Positions 1 to 9,852 of a stretch of DNA of 59,458 nucleotides are shown here, piece after piece. Under the pieces are notes generated by a model. That model saw only the letters and a list, made by a program, of their open reading frames with translations, searched no databases and was not told the DNA's origin. The position numbers were made by a program, and so were the translations under genes. Each line of letters starts with the position of its first letter. Position 1 is the first letter of the stretch. This DNA is from a virus (Duplodnaviria; Caudoviricetes): positions 1 through 59,458 of the IMG/VR virus record IMGVR_UViG_3300037246_000768; one strand, written 5' to 3'.

Positions 1-160
1 TAGACTGTCAGCGTGCCCTTTTTATCCATCCCTAGGTGGCGCTGCATGAGATACGCAAGCGGCGCCGGCGTGCTGTACTGCTGCAGGGCCATGCTCTTGG
101 AGTCGCGCTGCGTGAGACCGGCCTGTAGTTCGTAGAGGTCTTTTGCCTGCTGCAGCTTTT
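1..160. repeat. Terminal direct repeat, left copy (circular assembly overlap with 59299-59458)
   Basis: 1-160 matches 59299-59458 except at positions 3 and 33; the last 127 bp are identical. Confidence 0.95.
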
Positions 161-2909
161 CGCTGGGGCTCGCCTTGCTGGTGAGGACTTCGCGCAGGGC
201 CTTGACCACTGCGAACTCGAACGCCTCCTCGACGTACTTGTGCTCGTAGCCTTTGCCCGGGGCGAGATCAGTCAGCTTCACGCCCATGAGCGCTGCGACG
301 CGCTTACGCAGGGTGCCCCGGTCGTGCTTCACGCGGTTGCGTAGATCTTCGACGAAGTAGGCTCCGAGCTCCACAGTCTTGATGTCGCTTGGAGTGCCGA
401 CTTCGGGGGCCTGTGCCTCCTGTGCAGGGGCGGCCTTAGCCTTCGGAGCGGCTTTCTTCTCCACCGGAGCGGGCTTCTCTTTGCCCTCAAGGGCCTGCGT
501 AAGTGCCGTCCTGGCAGCGCGCAGCCGGCGTAGCGAGTCCTCGCTTGTGGTGGCCCCTATTGTAAGCTCCACCGCTTCAAGCTCCTCGCGTATTTCTTCC
601 ACGGTATCGGGGATAAGCTCGGCGGGGTACTCAGCTACAGGGGCCTTGGGCGCTGCAGCCTTTTTGGGAGCGGCCTTCGGCTTCGCCTTGGGCGCTTCTA
701 CCGGCACGCTCGCCGGCTTCGTGGTGTCGGCGGTCTTAACCCACTGTTTGAACTCTTCTACGGACATTTCAGCCACGCCCATGATGCGGCTGGGGCCGGT
801 GTCGTCGTAGTTATTCAGGTAGATGCTTCTCGCTTCGTCGGCAGTTTTGGCACCCATCACAGCTTTGTGTTCGTCGAAGGAGCCGTCCGGGTTCTTTTGG
901 TCTACCACAAAGATGCGGTCGGTCTTCTCGTCTGGAGAGAAACCAGCAGGCATGAACACATCTATCTGGTCGCCGTCTGCCCCCTCGGTGCGCTTGATGT
1001 AGCCATAGTGATCTTTCAGTTCTATTTCCCACGCGTTGCCCTTCTCGTCAATGCCTTTACGCACTGACCCTGCAGGGTTTTCGATGGATACGTTGATTCC
1101 AGGGTACGGGGTAGGATGGCCCTTGGCGTAGTTGCCGGCCTTGGCCTGGGCTTCGGTGGGCTCCGCCTTGTCGTTCGCAGGTGAAGGTGCGGCTTCGTGC
1201 GCCGCTGCGTCAAGAAGTTCTGCGTCTGTGAACTCGTCGACCATGTCGCTGCCGTACTTTTTGCGCAACCTTTCACGCGTGGTGCCGACGCCCTTGGCTT
1301 CGCGGATCTCTTCTCGAACCTCGTCAGCCATCCATGCCGGGGCTTCCAACTTGGTTGCCTTCGGCTCCGGTAGCTTGCGGCCTGGCTGATCTGCCTCTGG
1401 TGCGGGCGCTTCTTCAACCTCTGGCTCGTTCTTCTCGATGAAGGCGCGCAGCTGCTCGGTCGGCACGTCTTTGAGCATGCTCTTCGGAACGCCCAGCTTG
1501 CGTGCGCGTGCGTGAAGATCTGCAGTGACCGCCTCGTCCTGGCCTGCTTCCATGCCGAACTCGTGCGCCTGGCCACGGCTCGCACCGGCGTCTAGCGCCT
1601 CCTGGTAGGCTGTGTCGTAGGCAGGGCCGTAGTCAACGAGACCTTGGGGCTTCTGGGTGGGTTGTACCTCTGCAGCGGGCGTGGGGCCCGGTGGGGGCTG
1701 CGTCGGCTGCATCGGTACGTTAAGGGCTGGGCCTCGAGTCATGGGGATAGCGCCGCGCGGGGCTTGGCGCCCTGCACCGGCTGCATGCGCCGCCTCTGTA
1801 GCTGCCAGAATCTGTGCGTCTATGTCGCCGCCGTCGCCGGTGAGACCTGCGGCTGCTCCATCGGCTTTGATCGCCGGGGTTGCGCGTGCGGCAAGGTATG
1901 TTCCTCCGCCGCCTGCCAGGCCGGGGATGACGGTTGCATAAAAGGTTTTCTTTGTGATCTCCCACATGCGGGGCAGGAGCTTGTCTGCGTCGAGCTCGCT
2001 CTGTAGCTCGGGAATATTCTCAACGTCGCCGACAACCTTGTTGACTGCAGCGTTGGCGACCTCTTGCAAGTTCTCAGTGATGATCTCACCGGTCTGCGAC
2101 TTGGCGTGTTCGAGTAGGCCCTTAACCAGCGCCTGTTTGACGGTGGCCCGGCTTATGGCCTTGGCCCCTTCGTCAACACCCTTCTTCAAAAGAATCTGGC
2201 CAGCTTTGCGTACGGGGGCGGTGAGGATATGCAGGCCCGCCATTTCAAGGGCGCCCTCTGCCAGACCATAAACGGCTCCGCCAATCTCAGCTGCAGTTCC
2301 GCTCGCTCCGGCCTCGATTAGATCCTGCGTGGTGCGTCCCTGCGCAGATCGTGCGTACGCTTCTGCCATGCCGCCGGTGAAACCCACCTTGAAGCCGGCC
2401 ACGCCACCACCTGCAGCGGTGAGTATTGCTCCAGGGCCAGTTACTGCGCCACTCGCAGCTCCGATAGCCGCGCCGGTTGCGCCAAGCTGCACACCGCGCT
2501 TCAACGCGTGAGGGAAAATAGCCGCTTGCTGTCCTACTAGCTCGGAGAAGCCCTCTACGACCTTCTCGACAAACCCTGCGTCTTCATTGTCGCTGGGGGA
2601 TGCTACCTGCACGCCTGCACGCTCAAGCTGGAATTGCTCTTCTTCGGTAAGGCCGCCCTCAAAGCGCTGCTTGAAGAGTAGTTCGCCTTCGGTCATGGTG
2701 GCTTTGCCGCGCCTGAACTCGCGACCTATCTCCATGCCCAGGAAGCCTTCTTCTTCTTTTTCTGAGAGGTGGGTTACTATATCTGCGTCTTCGTGGCCAG
2801 ACGCACGCGCGCCCTCTAGGTCAAACCCGCGTGATTCTGCAAGATGACTTGCTATATCTGCATCGCTGTAGCCTGCCTGCCGAGCGCCCTCTACGTCAAA
2901 GTACGCCAT
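1..2909 (-). CDS. 5' part (about 939 extra aa) of the giant polyvalent/DarB-like internal virion protein; includes an inorganic-pyrophosphatase (InPase) domain at about 735-1143
   Basis: Hand translation from ATG 2909 (MAYFDVEGARQAGYSDADIASHL...) stays open and joins MALQQYST at 92 in frame (2817 nt). InPase-type motifs AGNYAKGH..ISIENPAGSVRKG..W..HYGYIKRTEGADGDQIDVF..FVVDQ..FDEHK. Missed by the ORF track because of the contig edge. Confidence 0.88.
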   Translation of the reverse strand, partial: MAYFDVEGARQAGYSDADIASHLAESRGFDLEGARASGHEDADIVTHLSEKEEEGFLGMEIGREFRRGKATMTEGELLFKQRFEGGLTEEEQFQLERAGVQVASPSDNEDAGFVEKVVEGFSELVGQQAAIFPHALKRGVQLGATGAAIGAASGAVTGPGAILTAAGGGVAGFKVGFTGGMAEAYARSAQGRTTQDLIEAGASGTAAEIGGAVYGLAEGALEMAGLHILTAPVRKAGQILLKKGVDEGAKAISRATVKQALVKGLLEHAKSQTGEIITENLQEVANAAVNKVVGDVENIPELQSELDADKLLPRMWEITKKTFYATVIPGLAGGGGTYLAARATPAIKADGAAAGLTGDGGDIDAQILAATEAAHAAGAGRQAPRGAIPMTRGPALNVPMQPTQPPPGPTPAAEVQPTQKPQGLVDYGPAYDTAYQEALDAGASRGQAHEFGMEAGQDEAVTADLHARARKLGVPKSMLKDVPTEQLRAFIEKNEPEVEEAPAPEADQPGRKLPEPKATKLEAPAWMADEVREEIREAKGVGTTRERLRKKYGSDMVDEFTDAELLDAAAHEAAPSPANDKAEPTEAQAKAGNYAKGHPTPYPGINVSIENPAGSVRKGIDEKGNAWEIELKDHYGYIKRTEGADGDQIDVFMPAGFSPDEKTDRIFVVDQKNPDGSFDEHKAVMGAKTADEARSIYLNNYDDTGPSRIMGVAEMSVEEFKQWVKTADTTKPASVPVEAPKAKPKAAPKKAAAPKAPVAEYPAELIPDTVEEIREELEAVELTIGATTSEDSLRRLRAARTALTQALEGKEKPAPVEKKAAPKAKAAPAQEAQAPEVGTPSDIKTVELGAYFVEDLRNRVKHDRGTLRKRVAALMGVKLTDLAPGKGYEHKYVEEAFEFAVVKALREVLTSKASPSEKLQQAKDLYELQAGLTQRDSKSMALQQYSTPAPLAYLMQRHLGMDKKGTLTV

Positions 2910-2926
2910 CCAATTACCCCTGTGGG

Positions 2927-4618
2927 CTAGAGATTAAACGCTGAGAGCGGCTTCCTGTTGGTCATATCGACCGGCACTGCACTTCCTGCGTGCGAGGGGA
3001 TCAGGGCGTCGCTTATGGCAACTCCCTGCTTAACCCCTGCGCGCACACGCTCTGGGGATACTCTACGCGGTAGCTCCGGCGGGGGCAACTTATTCATTGA
3101 AGTGGGGTGATACCCGGCGTCCCTGATTGCCTGTTCATGCTCGGATATTTCGCTGGTGGCGGCCTGTATGTTCGGGCTTTCAGCAAGGAACTCCTCGATC
3201 GTCTTGAATGTTCCGTCGTCTTTTTGGAGCGCCGCCCTCTTAACGGGGTCGCCGTTGAGGTCGTGGTACTTCTTCTCAAGCACGCCGCGCTCACGCACGA
3301 GCCTGTCCTTGGCTTTGTCCAGGGCGTTGACAGCACGGCGTACGCTCTCGGGTACGTCCTTCATCCCCGAGTCGGTTTCCTTCAATGCAGCAACGGCCAG
3401 AGCGCTCTTGCCCTTCATTTCCTGCAGCTTGCGTGCCTCCACGCCCTTTGCCTTCTCGACCTTAATCGCTTCGGTGGTCTTGGCCTGGCGGGTCTTCTTG
3501 GCCGCGAGCTCGGTAGCTTTACGCACGGCGCTCGAAGCAGCCACGTTGCCTACCGCGTTCGCCTCTGCGACTGGCAGGCCCTGCTCTAGCAGCGAGACAA
3601 CCTTCGTCACCGCAAGCCGTTCCTGCTCGTCGAGGGGGTTCTTGGTATCAGCCAAGAGCTCTTTATACGCAATCATAAGAGACTGCGCGGAGCGTGTTTC
3701 TTTAAGCTCTGCTGCTGCCGTCTTGTCGCCGGCTTCAAGCCTGGCCGAGAGTATGGTCACTCGTTTTTCCAGGGGGCTCATGCGTGAAAAGTTCTTTATC
3801 ACCTTGTCGTTTGCGTCGATACCAAGCTTGGCTTCTTTGCGTACGTCGTCAAGCGACTTCACAATAATGGGGTCGTTAGGGTCGGCTGACCTGCCCTGCG
3901 TAGCCGGGACTACAAGCGGGCTGCCGTCCGGGCCGTTAAGTTGTTCGCCGGTCTCCGGGTCTACGACGCTCATGGCGACGCTCATGGTGTTGGCCTGGGG
4001 GTCGTAGAGCACGCTGACGATCTGCCCCACTGTACCCTCGCGCTCAGTCAGGTTGCCCTCTGCATCAGATGTCGAGTACATGCTGACGGCTCCACCGCGA
4101 TCGGCTGAAAGGCGCTCTAGCGACTGGAACACCTCTTCGTTTTTGGCGCTGCGCTGGATGCTCACCGGCCCCTGCGCCTGCATGCCTTCAAGCTGGTCGG
4201 CGAACTTACCCACGTTTGCGTGCGCCTGCATCACTGTTCCCGGCATTTCGTTCTTATGGAAGTTGATGGTGCCCACGGCGTTATTGGAGAGAAAGGCGAG
4301 ATCTTCGGGAGTCGCTACGTCTGCGTCGAGCCTGGCCTGGATGCCGGTGAGCTTACGAACTTTCTTTTCTTCTCCGCGCCGCTCAAGAAGGTACGCACGA
4401 TCTTCGGCGGTCGCGGTCGCCGCTGTCTCACCGGCGGCTATAGTTTGCTCGTGCCTCTCGATCGCCCGGCCCTCTGCTCCGACTGCCCGCCCCTCTGCAG
4501 CGTCAAGGCGATCCTGCTTGCGCTTCTCGCTCTCTATGCCAGTCAGCGCAGTGTAGGTGTCGATAGCGCCAGCAATCGGATTATACCCTGTGTTAGCCAT
4601 CTTGTCGAATACGCCCAT
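2927..4618 (-). CDS. Putative internal virion/DNA ejection protein (563 aa)
   Basis: Helical, Ala/Glu/Lys-rich ORF with RBS, directly upstream of the giant protein in the ejection-protein position of podophages. Confidence 0.6.
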   Translation of the reverse strand: MGVFDKMANTGYNPIAGAIDTYTALTGIESEKRKQDRLDAAEGRAVGAEGRAIERHEQTIAAGETAATATAEDRAYLLERRGEEKKVRKLTGIQARLDADVATPEDLAFLSNNAVGTINFHKNEMPGTVMQAHANVGKFADQLEGMQAQGPVSIQRSAKNEEVFQSLERLSADRGGAVSMYSTSDAEGNLTEREGTVGQIVSVLYDPQANTMSVAMSVVDPETGEQLNGPDGSPLVVPATQGRSADPNDPIIVKSLDDVRKEAKLGIDANDKVIKNFSRMSPLEKRVTILSARLEAGDKTAAAELKETRSAQSLMIAYKELLADTKNPLDEQERLAVTKVVSLLEQGLPVAEANAVGNVAASSAVRKATELAAKKTRQAKTTEAIKVEKAKGVEARKLQEMKGKSALAVAALKETDSGMKDVPESVRRAVNALDKAKDRLVRERGVLEKKYHDLNGDPVKRAALQKDDGTFKTIEEFLAESPNIQAATSEISEHEQAIRDAGYHPTSMNKLPPPELPRRVSPERVRAGVKQGVAISDALIPSHAGSAVPVDMTNRKPLSAFNL

Positions 4619-4630
4619 TGTCTTATCTCC

Positions 4631-4936
4631 CTAAAACATTCCGCCGATGGTAGAACCAAGCGCCCCACCGATTGATGCGCCAAGCGGGCCGCCAAAGTAC
4701 GCACCTATAATCATTCCCAATGTCCCGGTTGCGGTCATGTTGCGCGCCGTCTTAGCAGCTTCTTTCTTTAACTTGAGCTCTCGCTCTTGGAAACTGGCGG
4801 CCTGCTCAAGCCCGCGCCGCTGTATGTCGAGGCCCTTCCTGGCCGTCTCTCTGCTGGCCGCGTGGCCCGCTCCGGTAACCGCTCCGGTGGTTGCGCTGCG
4901 CTTGTACTGGCTGCCTGTTTTAAGTATTCCGGCCAT
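4631..4936 (-). CDS. Putative small ejection protein with C-terminal glycine zipper
   Basis: C-terminus GTLGMIIGAYFGGPLGASIGGALGSTIGGMF (GxxxG repeats); synteny. Confidence 0.6.
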   Translation of the reverse strand: MAGILKTGSQYKRSATTGAVTGAGHAASRETARKGLDIQRRGLEQAASFQERELKLKKEAAKTARNMTATGTLGMIIGAYFGGPLGASIGGALGSTIGGMF

Positions 4937-4938
4937 AG

Positions 4939-5421
4939 CTAATAACCTCCAGATGCGCCGGCTGTGGTGCGCCCGGCCTGCAAGCCGCCGAATGCAATGT
5001 CACGGCTGCGCGTTGCAATCCTTTGCCTTATCCTGTTTGCTGCGTCCACGGTCGAAAGAGAGCGCTGCCTGTCCCATCCCTTAGCGCTCTGGATGGCTGC
5101 AGTGCCTTTCATTTCCTTACCCAAAGACTGCAGCCGCCTTCTCTGCGTGGCCTGGCCCATGTCTATCGCTTGACTGACGTACGGCTGGGCCTGGTCTATT
5201 TCTTCTTGCACGATGCCAGGGTTCATGTAGTGAGTTTTTTGCATCAACTCATCTTCGTAAGGCATGAACCTTGTTCGGTAATCTTCCCACTCGGCCCTTG
5301 CGAGCGCGGCCGGGAGCATCTTTGCGTAATCGTCGCTAAAGGCCACGTCATACAGCTTGCCCGTCGGGTCGAACAGCATGCTTGAGGCTAGGTCGCTGAC
5401 GTTTGTGACTTCTTCTGCCAT
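4939..5421 (-). CDS. Putative internal virion protein
   Basis: 160-aa ORF, AGGAGG-like RBS, tightly packed in the ejection cluster. Confidence 0.55.
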   Translation of the reverse strand: MAEEVTNVSDLASSMLFDPTGKLYDVAFSDDYAKMLPAALARAEWEDYRTRFMPYEDELMQKTHYMNPGIVQEEIDQAQPYVSQAIDMGQATQRRRLQSLGKEMKGTAAIQSAKGWDRQRSLSTVDAANRIRQRIATRSRDIAFGGLQAGRTTAGASGGY

Positions 5422-5430
5422 GATAAACCT

Positions 5431-6486
5431 CTATCTCCCGTAGTTATAATATTCCGGCTCGCCGCTGAGATCTACCATCTGCCCGCCACCACCAGGATCG
5501 TACCCGCCCATTGAGTATTTGGTAGCGATGCCGCCAAAGCTGCTTATTAGGCTGGCCATGTACTCGTTGTTGCGTATCTGCTGGCCAGCCGTCATTTCTG
5601 CACCAAACATGCTGCTCGCAGCGTCCAGCTTTTCGATACCGAACTGGTAGTTCCAGTCGCTTATGGCTTGCGTTGTAGCGATCCCTGCCGCCTGGCCAAG
5701 CGAACTGACTGCAAAATCTGCGCCCCCACGGCCAAGCTCTACGACGTTCTGCGTCATCGCGGCCTCTTCGGCGGCAAGCCCGCTGACGCCCTCTACGGCG
5801 CCGCGCGCTGCAGCTACCGCGAGAGACCCGCCACCTACAGCGTCAATGGCTCCGGCCTTACCTTTACCACCACCGTATGCTCGTGCGAAGTCGCCGGTGG
5901 TGCTGGCCTTCTGCATGATGTTTGCGTTTATCGTGCCCTGCACTTGAGGCGTGAAGCGCCTCGTGTCGGTAACGTCGGCGATCGCTTTGTTCTCAAACGG
6001 CACGTAGCTCTCGATGTACCTGTTCCACTGCTCCCCGCTGATTGCTGCGATCTCTCTGTCGAGCGGAGTTGCGTCGCCCTCTTCGTACATCGCTGATATT
6101 TCATCGAGGAGGCGCTTTTGCTCTGCGTCTTGGGCAACCTGGGCCGCTTCTTCCCTACGCACGTCAGCCGGCTTGGGCGTGGTGACAGAGCCGTGTTCGC
6201 CGCCGGGCGGGGATGTCCACTGATCGTAGAAGTCTTGCGACGCCTGCCGGTTGCCGACCCAATCTCCGACTTCAACCATGAGCTTTTCAGTCGGATTGTA
6301 CTTTATGTACGGGAGATTGCCTTCTTCGTCGCCGACCAACGGCACCTTGATAGACTCTTCGATGGTCTCCCACGGCTTCGTTAGCGAAGTTACGGTATCG
6401 CCTACCGCCTTATCTCGGGTGTCTGACCAAATATCGAACGCCAGGCCGTAAACACCCTCAGTCATCTGCGTAAAAATATCGCGCAT
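5431..6486 (-). CDS. Putative internal virion/ejection protein
   Basis: 351 aa, Ala/Gly-rich C-terminal half, RBS CAGGAGG; synteny. Confidence 0.55.
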   Translation of the reverse strand: MRDIFTQMTEGVYGLAFDIWSDTRDKAVGDTVTSLTKPWETIEESIKVPLVGDEEGNLPYIKYNPTEKLMVEVGDWVGNRQASQDFYDQWTSPPGGEHGSVTTPKPADVRREEAAQVAQDAEQKRLLDEISAMYEEGDATPLDREIAAISGEQWNRYIESYVPFENKAIADVTDTRRFTPQVQGTINANIMQKASTTGDFARAYGGGKGKAGAIDAVGGGSLAVAAARGAVEGVSGLAAEEAAMTQNVVELGRGGADFAVSSLGQAAGIATTQAISDWNYQFGIEKLDAASSMFGAEMTAGQQIRNNEYMASLISSFGGIATKYSMGGYDPGGGGQMVDLSGEPEYYNYGR

Positions 6487-6562
6487 CTGCGCCTCCTGCT
6501 TCGTTTGTTACGGTACATCCTAGCCGCATGCGTATGCGTGACGCAACTTAAACCGTGCGTGA

Positions 6563-7417
6563 CTACTTGACCCTTATCACAGAAAGCGTTACGTCACGCC
6601 CAAGGAAGTTCTTACTCGCCCCTCCGCCGTCTGTTCTTGATACCCATAGTTCCACAGTATCACCTGCGGCGAGTGAAACCAAACCCGACCCCCCCGCCGA
6701 GCCGATGTCCCCCGACGCAGCTAATTTACGTTCCGTGTGGATATTCACGAAGCCAGTAACACCATTGTTTATGAACACTTGTGCCTCGAAATCGGTTGAG
6801 GCAGACCCGCTAAACGACATGGCGAATGACACGTAATACGTTCCCGTGTCCCCAACGGTGATATGGTCGTTTGCATGGTCTGGGGTCATCCCGTTCGACG
6901 GGTCATTAGTGTCGAAATAGGGATACTGATACCAAGTGTCCTGTGCCGCCAGTGCGAGGTTGGAGGTGTTCGCGTTGACCGATAAACCGCCGTGCATTTC
7001 TTGAGCGGCCAGACCATCTTCCCACCTCTTAGCCTGGGCATTGGATACGTGCCTTACCTTTGCGGCGTCACTGGAAGTCGGGTCGGCACCCAAGACATTG
7101 ACTATTTCCGAATGCTTGGTCGCGTGGGGATTGCCTTCGATGTCAACATGCTCTTGCCACACCTTAGCCTGGGCGTTGGATACGTGCTTGTTGTGCGCTA
7201 CGTTCGAGGATGTTGGGTCAGCTGCGTAGACGCCCGATAACTGCTGGTGAGTGAGCACGGTAGGGTCGGTCGACGGGGTTGAGCTAATGCCTGCCACCGT
7301 TGTCGCAGCGCCACCCACGGCCAGGGCTCCGAAGTAGACTCTCAACTCGTCGAAGTTCCTGCGTACGTTTGCGTCTACGCTGGCAGGAAGCACTATTATG
7401 TTTGGGAGCTTAGCCAT
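6563..7417 (-). CDS. Putative short tail fibre/needle protein
   Basis: Follows the nozzle gene; duplicated ADPTSS..HVSNAQAKxW motif; C-terminal beta-rich C1q/TNF-like end (ITVGDTGTYYVSF..VSLAAGDTVELWV). Confidence 0.6.
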   Translation of the reverse strand: MAKLPNIIVLPASVDANVRRNFDELRVYFGALAVGGAATTVAGISSTPSTDPTVLTHQQLSGVYAADPTSSNVAHNKHVSNAQAKVWQEHVDIEGNPHATKHSEIVNVLGADPTSSDAAKVRHVSNAQAKRWEDGLAAQEMHGGLSVNANTSNLALAAQDTWYQYPYFDTNDPSNGMTPDHANDHITVGDTGTYYVSFAMSFSGSASTDFEAQVFINNGVTGFVNIHTERKLAASGDIGSAGGSGLVSLAAGDTVELWVSRTDGGGASKNFLGRDVTLSVIRVK

Positions 7418-9146
7418 CGTCGTCTATCCGGTCGAGTTCTTCCATCGAGCCTGCGATAAAGACCTGGGAAACATTGTGCGTCCCCTCGATCTGTACCTGC
7501 CAGCGCCTGCCGGTGAAGTCCGGAGGCAGCCTGAATGCTTCTTCGCTTGCGACTGCCTGCGTGTGGATCAGCGCGCCGTCGAGGTAGACCTTGGCGGTCA
7601 CAGGGTAGTTGTCTGCGTAGACGCGCATAGCGCCAAAGCTCGCCTCGTAGGGGGTGAACTGCGGGCCGCTCTTCCAGGTGTAGGTGAGGGGGGAGGCTGA
7701 ATCGCCATCCCAGGCCCGTATCGTGCTGCCTGCGTAGACGTGCATCCCGAGGCGATCGCCGCCAAGATACGCATGCAGCGCCGTTGCTTCAAGTCCGGAG
7801 AGCACTATAAGCTGCCCTGTTTTCGGGTTGAAGACAAGGCCGCCCCTGGTTGCGTTTGCGTCGCGCGGATTTGTGTACCCGGTGATTGCGTCGTATGAGC
7901 TATCGAAGAAAGCGACGTAGTGGCCGGCGTACTCGCCAGCTACCATCGTGGCCGGGTAGTAATCCTTCCACTCCCTTTCGGTGATTATCCCCTCGGTAAT
8001 CAGCTTCGAGCCGCCGACACTCACGCTGGCGATGCCCTCGGAGCACGGGTAGAGTATGTCTCCGTTGACGTTTGCCACTCCCCGCCTGCTCGCGCACGCA
8101 TAACCCGTCTCAAGTCGCTCTATGGACAAGGCAGACGGGTCGGTGCCGGTTGTGATGGTGGGCAATCCGTTTGTCAAAACCAACAGAGAGTTGCCGAAGG
8201 CCGCCAGGGCGATTATCTGCTCGGTCACTGCGAATGCCTGCTCAAGTAGCCACGCATGCACCTGGTACGGCGCAGAGATATAGACTGCGTTGCCCGAGCC
8301 ACCAAGCGGGTCGTTCGGTGCGAACCCGGCGAGCGCGCCCCACGGCAAGGCCACTAAGCCTATCATGTCGTCCGGGGGAGGCAGCCAGCCCTCGGAGCTC
8401 AAGACTTCGCCGAAGTCCGTAAACTCGTGCAGGACTGGGGTGGCAACAGTTGCCGCAGGGGCAAGGGTCTCTGCAAGCTGGTATGCCGTGCCGCTAGTGC
8501 CCGTGTTCGTGAGATAGATGCGCTTCTCGTCCATCGGGCGGTAGATGGCTCCAAGCGTCGTCTCAAGGGCCGTTATGTCGATCTGCTGGCCGGGCAAGGT
8601 CGTAACGATGTCCGACACCGGCGACGGCGCGCTCTCTTCCCCGTACTCGTTGACGAAGGTGTAGACAACCGATCGGGATATTGCCTCTGTCGGGTCGTCT
8701 GAGGTAGCCACGCCACTCACCGCAACAGTCGGCGCCGTGATGGGAGCGGGCACGCCGATTGCGTACGAAACTTGCGGATACGCACCGGAGCCGCTATCAA
8801 TGATGTCGCTCGAAGTAACCTTCGGCACGCCGTCGCCAGTGAAGTAGCAGCGGTCAAACGTGTCGTTTACGATTGGGGTCATCGTCGCCTGAACGTCTGC
8901 AAGCCACGTAAGCCAGTATTCGGTGCCGGCGTCACGCTGCGCCGAGCTCTGGTAGCGAAAGAGAGAGCGATAGGGGGGCCACGTCGACAAGGGGGAGGGC
9001 GCGACTATCAACGACGGGTTGAACCAGGGGGCAAGCCCACCGCTCATAAGCCGGCAATTCTGCGCTGTCACGGCTGCACCAACCGGCAGCAGATGTTCGG
9101 ACATGCGCGGGGCTATCCCGAGAAACCTGTCGAAGGTTAATTTCAT
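7410..9146 (-). CDS. Tail nozzle/DNA-stabilisation protein (beta-propeller type)
   Basis: 578 aa; start MKLTFDRFLGIAPRMSEHLLP, VYTFVNEYGEESAPSP and C-terminal YTWKSGPQF..WQVQIEG, as in podophage nozzle proteins. Confidence 0.7.
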   Translation of the reverse strand: MKLTFDRFLGIAPRMSEHLLPVGAAVTAQNCRLMSGGLAPWFNPSLIVAPSPLSTWPPYRSLFRYQSSAQRDAGTEYWLTWLADVQATMTPIVNDTFDRCYFTGDGVPKVTSSDIIDSGSGAYPQVSYAIGVPAPITAPTVAVSGVATSDDPTEAISRSVVYTFVNEYGEESAPSPVSDIVTTLPGQQIDITALETTLGAIYRPMDEKRIYLTNTGTSGTAYQLAETLAPAATVATPVLHEFTDFGEVLSSEGWLPPPDDMIGLVALPWGALAGFAPNDPLGGSGNAVYISAPYQVHAWLLEQAFAVTEQIIALAAFGNSLLVLTNGLPTITTGTDPSALSIERLETGYACASRRGVANVNGDILYPCSEGIASVSVGGSKLITEGIITEREWKDYYPATMVAGEYAGHYVAFFDSSYDAITGYTNPRDANATRGGLVFNPKTGQLIVLSGLEATALHAYLGGDRLGMHVYAGSTIRAWDGDSASPLTYTWKSGPQFTPYEASFGAMRVYADNYPVTAKVYLDGALIHTQAVASEEAFRLPPDFTGRRWQVQIEGTHNVSQVFIAGSMEELDRIDDDG

Positions 9147-9841
9147 ACCACCGGCCTTTCGGGTGCGTTTGCGTTCTCGCCGCCGAGGTCGTCCTTGTCG
9201 GGTGCGTACGCAGGATCAATCGCGGTGCGTACGCCCATGGAGCGCATGAACGCCTGGTAGTGCTTGTCGCTGCGCTCACGGTTCGGCGCGCTTGTGGTGT
9301 CTTTCCCGAACGCCCTGAACAGGACGTAGTCGATGATTGCAGGCTCCCAGGAGTTGTCTATGGCGATAGTCTTTGTCAGATCAGTAAGGGGCGTCGGGGG
9401 GGCCGAGACTTTGACCTCTATCCTTTGGTCAGTCGAGTCTGGCTGCGTCGGGTAGACGTAAAAGATCTTCTGGTCGCGCTCGTCGAACCAGAAGCACTGC
9501 ACACTTTTGTCTGCGTACTCTGCCAGGTGCCAGTCGGGAAACGCCACGTCAAGCTGTGCGCGCTCAACAGGTCTGATACCTGCACCGGCCACGGCTCCTG
9601 TGCCCATGTTGCGTATCACGTCGATAAGGCTGGAGTGTTCAGCTGCTATTGCCTGCTTAGAGCCAGCTACCAGCGCGATATTTGCTGTGAGCATGAAGAC
9701 GTTGGGCTTGAAGGACTGTATTTCTGCCTGCGCAAGATTGATCCATGCGAGAAGTTCAGGCTCTGTCCAGCGTACGTGTGCTGTGTCGCTGAGAGTGTAG
9801 CCAACTTTTAAAGCGATCGCCGTTCCTACGATGGTTCCCAT
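9143..9841 (-). CDS. Head-tail adaptor (DUF6682-like)
   Basis: Motifs RWTEPELLAWINLAQ, FYVYP, AIIDYVLFRAFGKD; synteny. Confidence 0.72.
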   Translation of the reverse strand: MGTIVGTAIALKVGYTLSDTAHVRWTEPELLAWINLAQAEIQSFKPNVFMLTANIALVAGSKQAIAAEHSSLIDVIRNMGTGAVAGAGIRPVERAQLDVAFPDWHLAEYADKSVQCFWFDERDQKIFYVYPTQPDSTDQRIEVKVSAPPTPLTDLTKTIAIDNSWEPAIIDYVLFRAFGKDTTSAPNRERSDKHYQAFMRSMGVRTAIDPAYAPDKDDLGGENANAPERPVV

Positions 9842-9852
9842 AGGGAATTACC

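Noticed and set aside
1-160. Biological direct terminal repeats (T7-like)
   Set aside because: The repeat lies mid-gene and has a 127-bp identical core, better explained by assembly overlap
379-2847. Many short ORF-track calls on both strands
   Set aside because: They are shadows of the giant minus-strand ORF starting at 2909
6510-6550. Late promoter TTGCGT-18-TAGGAT before the ejection genes
   Set aside because: Weak -35 and long spacer; confounded by the TGCGT enrichment
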